From Myxococcales bacterium (GTDB lineage Bacteria > Myxococcota_A > Polyangia > Fen-1088), in NCBI GenBank assembly GCA_025350815.1, contig JANXXE010000006.1, forward strand, positions 31,909 through 95,908: a DNA stretch of 64,000 bases, written 5' to 3'. Positions 59,308-64,000 of the stretch are shown in pieces. Numbering within the stretch: the first letter of the stretch is position 1; every line of letters begins with the position of its first letter. Made by a program: the position numbers and the translations under genes. The notes under the pieces were generated by a model. That model saw only the letters and a program-made list of their open reading frames with translations. It was not told the origin of the DNA and made no database searches.

Positions 59308-59426
59308 GGCACCACCTTGTTGGGCATTCGCGCTTTGACCGCGCGACGCGCCCCTAGAACTACCCGGATGCGTGGGTTATTTCCAGTAAGCCGACCGCAG
59401 CGCCGCAACGCTGTCGGTTCGCCGCC

Positions 59427-59456
59427 TTGACAGAGCCCGCCACCGTGCACTAGTCC
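59427..59456 (+). promoter_or_regulatory. Possible sigma70 promoter TTGACA-N18-TAGTCC, 7 nt before ATG
   Basis: Perfect -35; weak -10; no Shine-Dalgarno before ATG 59464. Confidence 0.4.
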
Positions 59457-59463
59457 TGTCAGC

Positions 59464-59664
59464 ATGAGCCGCGACGAGGACGCCAAGAATACCCGCCTTT
59501 TCGACCGTCGAACGGTCGAGCGAAACATCAAGAAGGGCCTCATCACCCGCAAGGACTATGACAAGTACTTGAAGGCGCTGGGCGACGCCGCCGAGAAGGC
59601 CGCGACGATCGAGGAAGACGATCCCGGCTCGACGCTTGAGATGCCGCAAGCATCTTCCAACTAG
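59464..59664 (+). CDS. Small charged hypothetical protein
   Basis: FDRRTVERNIKKGLITRKDYDKYLKAL.D; strong GC3 bias. Confidence 0.7.
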   Translation: MSRDEDAKNTRLFDRRTVERNIKKGLITRKDYDKYLKALGDAAEKAATIEEDDPGSTLEMPQASSN

Positions 59665-59675
59665 CTTCCAACTAG
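59654..59675. repeat. Perfect 11-bp tandem duplication CTTCCAACTAG x2 including the stop codon
   Basis: 59654-59664 = 59665-59675. Confidence 0.9.
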
Positions 59676-59712
59676 CGCTTCTTGCCAGCCGCCCCTGCGA
59701 AGACAACCGGCG

Positions 59713-60117
59713 ATGTCCACATCTTCACGCGATCCGGACGACAAGGGCGGCGGTTTCACGGTCAGCGACCGCCGGGCGTTTACCGAGACCGGCGAGTCGC
59801 GCCCCGAATCGTCTGAGACCAAGCCCGCGTCCAAGACGCCCCCGCCACCCGCGTCGCGCGATGGACGGGTCTTGCCACCGGTCGACTTTCACACCTTCAT
59901 CATTTCACTCGGCTCGTCCGCCCTGTTGCACCTGGGCGAAATCGAACGCCCCGAAGGCGGGGCCACAAAGGATCTGGTCATGGCCAAGCACACCATCGAC
60001 CTTCTTGAAATGCTTCACGGCAAGACCAAGGGCAACCTGACCTCGAACGAGGAAAAGCTTTTGGAAAGCCTGCTTTACGATCTGCGGCTGCGCTATATCG
60101 AGGCTGCCAAAACCTAG
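59713..60117 (+). CDS. DUF1844 domain protein
   Basis: F.V.DRR.F; F.TFIISL..SAL.HLG; AK.TIDLL.ML..KTKGNLT..E..LL...LYDLRLRY. Confidence 0.85.
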   Translation: MSTSSRDPDDKGGGFTVSDRRAFTETGESRPESSETKPASKTPPPPASRDGRVLPPVDFHTFIISLGSSALLHLGEIERPEGGATKDLVMAKHTIDLLEMLHGKTKGNLTSNEEKLLESLLYDLRLRYIEAAKT

Positions 60118-61901
60118 ATTCGCAGAAGCTGGACACGGATTCCGCCGTTCGACAGGGCGGCACGGTTTTTCACCGGCAATCCCAACGCCTTGTCGGCGGC
60201 CCTGTCCGCGACGACGATTCCGGCACCCCAGCCCGCAAAACGCGCCCGCAGAACGCGCCCGATGTCCCGCGCCACCTGTGTACCGGCGTTGCGGCTACCC
60301 AGGCGCCGCCCATAAGGGGGATTGAGCAACACCAACCCGGCCGGCCCCGGGGCTGGACGATCGCCAAACGCGGCAGCTTCGAAATGCACGTGCGGCAGCA
60401 AGCCCGCGCGCTCGGCGTTGCGCCGGGCGGTTTCGACCAGCCGCGCGTCACGGTCGGAAGCGAAGATCGGCGCGGGCGGCCGGTCCTTGATGGCGGCGCG
60501 CGCCTCATCGAGCAGCCTTTGCCACAAGTCAGCGTCGTGGCAGCGCCAGGTCTGAAAGGCGAAGGACCGCCCCAGCCCGGGCGCCCGGCCAAGGGCGATC
60601 GTGCACGCCTCCAGCGCGATGGTACCGGCGCCGCACATCGGATCGACAAAGGGCAGCGCCGGATCGTATTCGCACAGCGCCAGCAAGCCCGCCGCCAGTG
60701 TTTCGCGCAACGGCGCCTTGCCCGCCTCCAGGCGCCAGCCCCGCCGGTGCAGAAGCTCGCCCGAGGAATCGAGGCTGACCATCCACTGGTCCTGATCACC
60801 CCGAATCAGAATGCGGGTCGCGGCTGTATCGGGCTCGTCGCCGTCATCTGGGCCTGCGGTCGCAGCCGAGGGCAGGTCGCCCACACGATCCCCAATTCCC
60901 AGTGCCACGGTCTCGCCTATCGCACCTGTGTGGTACAGGCGGCTGCTGCTGGCCGACGCGCTGATCTTGATTGGGCGGTCGGTGGGCAAGAAAGCATCCC
61001 AGCGCAGGTCAGCAATCAAGCGGCGCAGCTTGGCGAACTCGCGCGCCTTGCCGCCGCCCAGGCGCAACAGCACGCGGCTTGCCACACGCAAGCCCAGATT
61101 CGCGCGCATGCCAACCTCAAGCGGCCCCGAAAACGAGACGCCTCCGGGCACCGTGCGCACCTGGGTCACCCCGGGCAGGCGCGCGACCTCGTCCTTGAGG
61201 GGCGCCTCAAGTCCGGGCGCCGCAACCGCGAACCACGCCTGCGCGGTGCCCACGACATCCAGTGACCGCCCCTGACGCTTGCGGCCTGGCCGCGGCTTTT
61301 GTCCCCGGCTTTCCCCCGGCGCCGGCAGGCGCGCGCTGCGACCGGCAAAGCGTAGGTGCAGCAGGATTTCGACGGTGCCACTGCCACCCGCGACCGGCGA
61401 ATCGATGTGTCCGACGATCGCGAAACCCAGCGCCGTCGCCTTCGTCGTGAACTGTTCCAGCGCCCGCGCGCGCAGGGCCGGGTCCGACACGTCGCCACCT
61501 TTCACCTCGTGCGGCGGCAGCTCGAACTGCGGCTTCAGCAGCACGATACCCTCGGCGCCGTCGCGCAGCCGGAACGCCAGCCCGCGCAGCATATTGCGCG
61601 CAGCCACGAAGCTGACGTCCACCGAGAAGAAATCAAAAGGCCCGGGCGCCACCGACAGCGACAATGTTTTCCAGTCGGTCTTCTCCAGGACCGTGACGCG
61701 CGCGTCGCTTCTGAGACTTGTGTGCAACTGCCCGTGACCCACGTCCACCGCCGTGACATTGACGGCCCCGTGGCGTAGCAACGCTGCGGTGAATCCCCCC
61801 GTCGAAGCCCCCACGTCCACCGCGCGCGCACCTGTCACCGCCGCGCCGAGGCCAAAGCGCTCGAGCGCCGCTTCGAGTTTCAGTCCACCCCGGCCCGGCA
61901 T
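60114..61901 (-). CDS. Fusion of TlyA-like 2'-O-methyltransferase domain (no S4) and THUMP/RlmL-like m2G methyltransferase
   Basis: RGGLKL, DVGASTGGFT, DVG.GQL, DVSF, KPQFE; then PGLE, DSSG..LHRRGWR, APLRETLAA, DPMCGAGT, NPPYG in one frame. Confidence 0.85.
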   Translation of the reverse strand: MPGRGGLKLEAALERFGLGAAVTGARAVDVGASTGGFTAALLRHGAVNVTAVDVGHGQLHTSLRSDARVTVLEKTDWKTLSLSVAPGPFDFFSVDVSFVAARNMLRGLAFRLRDGAEGIVLLKPQFELPPHEVKGGDVSDPALRARALEQFTTKATALGFAIVGHIDSPVAGGSGTVEILLHLRFAGRSARLPAPGESRGQKPRPGRKRQGRSLDVVGTAQAWFAVAAPGLEAPLKDEVARLPGVTQVRTVPGGVSFSGPLEVGMRANLGLRVASRVLLRLGGGKAREFAKLRRLIADLRWDAFLPTDRPIKISASASSSRLYHTGAIGETVALGIGDRVGDLPSAATAGPDDGDEPDTAATRILIRGDQDQWMVSLDSSGELLHRRGWRLEAGKAPLRETLAAGLLALCEYDPALPFVDPMCGAGTIALEACTIALGRAPGLGRSFAFQTWRCHDADLWQRLLDEARAAIKDRPPAPIFASDRDARLVETARRNAERAGLLPHVHFEAAAFGDRPAPGPAGLVLLNPPYGRRLGSRNAGTQVARDIGRVLRARFAGWGAGIVVADRAADKALGLPVKNRAALSNGGIRVQLLRI

Positions 61902-62044
61902 GCGCCGGCACTGTACTATGCCGTCCCCGTTGGCCGCCCCGGTTCGCCCCCGGGTTGGCGCCCTGGCTTTGCGACGGGCCCCCCCGCATGATACGACGCT
62001 GGCCCGGGGCGACGGCCGTCCCGCCACAGGAGTCACGAGCCAAA

Positions 62045-64000
62045 ATGCGTAAGTTCGAGCGCGTCCTGGTCGCCAATCGCAGCGAGATCGCCATCCGCGT
62101 GTTCCGTGCGTGCACGGAACTGGGCATTCGCACACTCGGGGTCTTCAGCAAGGAAGACCGCAGCGCCCTTCACCGGTACAAGGCGGACGAAACCTACGCG
62201 CTGAACGAGGCGCTGGACCCGATCAAGGCCTATCTCGATATCCCCGGCATCGTCGCCATCGCGAAGCGCCACCGCGCCGATGCCATCCATCCCGGTTATG
62301 GCTTTCTGTCCGAGAACGCCGACTTCGCCCGCGCCTGCGAGGCCGCAGGAATTACGTTCATAGGCCCGCCTGCGCGCGTTCTTGAATTGATGGGCGACAA
62401 GGTCGCCGCACGCCACCAGGCGGAAAAGCTGGGCATTCCGGTCGTTCCAGGGGCCGCAGCGGCGCTACCGAATCCAGACGCCGCCGCCACGTACGCGCGA
62501 CAAATCGGTTACCCCGTGATCCTGAAAGCCTCGTTTGGCGGGGGTGGCCGGGGCATGCGTGTCTGCCGTGCCGAGCCCGAACTGCGCGAATCTTTCCTGC
62601 AGGCCGAACGTGAGGCCACCGCCGCTTTCGGGCGCGGCGAGATCTTCCTGGAGAAGTACATCGAGAGCCCCAAGCACATCGAGGTGCAGGTGCTGGCCGA
62701 CGCCCACGGGCACACGGTCCATCTGTTCGAGCGCGACTGCTCGGTGCAGCGGCGCCACCAGAAGGTCATCGAGGTAGCGCCCGCGCCGAACCTGGACCCC
62801 GCCCTGCGCGCGAAGCTGTGCGAGGAAGCCGTCAGTCTGGCGTCCGCCGTGGGCTACGTGAACGCAGGCACGGTCGAGTTTCTGGTCGACGCCCGTGGCA
62901 GCCACTACTTCATCGAGATGAACCCGCGCATCCAGGTCGAGCACACGGTGTCCGAGATGGTCACCGGCATCGATCTGGTCAAATGCCAGTTGCGCGTGGC
63001 CGAAGGCCACTCGCTTGAGAGCCCCGAGGTCGGCATCCGCTCGCAAAGCGACGTGTCTTTGCGCGGCTTCGCGCTGCAGTGCCGGATCACGACCGAGGAT
63101 CCGACCAATGGTTTCATTCCTGACTACGGCCGTATCAGCCACTACCGATCGGCGGCGGGCTTCGGCATTCGGCTCGACGCCGGCACCGCCTTTTCGGGCG
63201 CGATCATCACGCCGTTCTACGATTCGATGCTGGTCAAGGTCTGCGCCTCGGGCCTCAACTTCGAGGAGGCCTGTCGCAAGATGGATCGGGCGCTGGCCGA
63301 GTGGCGCGTCCGCGGCGTGCGCACGAACCTGCCGTTTTTGCGCAACGTCGTCAACCACCCGCGCTTCCGCGCCGGCGACGCCACCACGACCTTCATCGCC
63401 GACACCCCTGAACTGCTAACCTTCAAGGAACGTTTCGACCGCGCCACGAAGATCCTTCAGTTCGTCGGCGACGTCAGCGTCAACGGCAACCCCGAGGTCA
63501 AGGGCGCGAAGCCCAAGAACCTGCGCAAAGCGGTGATCCCGCCGCACGACGCCGACGGTCCGCTGCCCCAGGGCTCGCGCGATCTGTGGAAAAAGCTTGG
63601 CACCGAAAAATTCTGCGCGTGGATTCGCGATCAGAAGCCGCTGCTGCTCACCGACACCACGCTCAGGGACGCCCACCAGTCTTTGCTGGCCACGCGCCTG
63701 CGAACCTACGACATGACCCGCGTGGCGCCCGCGATGGCGCGCAACCTGTCCGGCCTGTTTTCACTCGAGATGTGGGGCGGCGCGACCTTCGACGTGGCGA
63801 TGCGTTTTCTGCACGAAGATCCGTGGGAGCGCCTGACGCTGCTGCGCCGCCAGATACCGAACATCCTGTTTCAGATGCTGCTCCGGGGCGCCAACGCCGT
63901 CGGATACACGAACTATCCGGATACGGTCGTGCGCCGCTTCGTCGAGGAATCCGCGAAGGCCGGGATGGACATCTTTCGCGTGTTCGACTCGCTTAATTGG
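62045..64000 (+). CDS. pyc: Pyruvate carboxylase (partial, runs off window end)
   Basis: Missing from the ORF track. MRKFERVLVANRSEIAIRVFRA; HPGYGFLSEN; ERDCSVQRRHQK; EMNPRIQVEH; DTTLRDAHQSLLATR; WGGATFDV; QMLLRGAN. Confidence 0.95.
   Translation, partial: MRKFERVLVANRSEIAIRVFRACTELGIRTLGVFSKEDRSALHRYKADETYALNEALDPIKAYLDIPGIVAIAKRHRADAIHPGYGFLSENADFARACEAAGITFIGPPARVLELMGDKVAARHQAEKLGIPVVPGAAAALPNPDAAATYARQIGYPVILKASFGGGGRGMRVCRAEPELRESFLQAEREATAAFGRGEIFLEKYIESPKHIEVQVLADAHGHTVHLFERDCSVQRRHQKVIEVAPAPNLDPALRAKLCEEAVSLASAVGYVNAGTVEFLVDARGSHYFIEMNPRIQVEHTVSEMVTGIDLVKCQLRVAEGHSLESPEVGIRSQSDVSLRGFALQCRITTEDPTNGFIPDYGRISHYRSAAGFGIRLDAGTAFSGAIITPFYDSMLVKVCASGLNFEEACRKMDRALAEWRVRGVRTNLPFLRNVVNHPRFRAGDATTTFIADTPELLTFKERFDRATKILQFVGDVSVNGNPEVKGAKPKNLRKAVIPPHDADGPLPQGSRDLWKKLGTEKFCAWIRDQKPLLLTDTTLRDAHQSLLATRLRTYDMTRVAPAMARNLSGLFSLEMWGGATFDVAMRFLHEDPWERLTLLRRQIPNILFQMLLRGANAVGYTNYPDTVVRRFVEESAKAGMDIFRVFDSLNW

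Overview
High-GC bacterial chromosomal segment, gene-dense and mostly core or housekeeping. Protein style (zinc-ribbon/TPR proteins, PDAG-rich lipoproteins, PilH/PilI-like ABC pair, DUF1844) suggests a myxobacterium-like organism (Myxococcota); this is an inference. Contents in order: partial PmoA/DUF6807-like gene; small gene plus a mycobacterial-Sdh1-type succinate dehydrogenase operon; ECF sigma/anti-sigma/Spy module; large zinc-ribbon-TPR protein; pfp-DUF4912-GH57-glgA-mazG cluster; cupin/TetR pair; a tight four-gene operon (catalytically dead M48 peptidase, dynamin-like GTPase, GT-C-like membrane protein, TPR-dynamin); tadA; amidase; a zinc-ribbon/GYF-like/TPR protein; a D-aminoacylase remnant; epimerase-ABC operon; malQ with an RRE/PqqD-like membrane-fusion protein; exported aldose epimerase; CotH kinase lipoprotein; lytic transglycosylase; ssb; deacetylase-astA-sigma54 activator; a complete moxR/bat operon; a TlyA-RlmL methyltransferase fusion; partial pyc. 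I saw no rRNA, tRNA, CRISPR array, transposase or integrase. Best candidates for undescribed biology are the dual-dynamin operon, the TlyA-RlmL fusion and the RRE-adaptor fusion. All family calls come from motif recognition by eye, not database searches.
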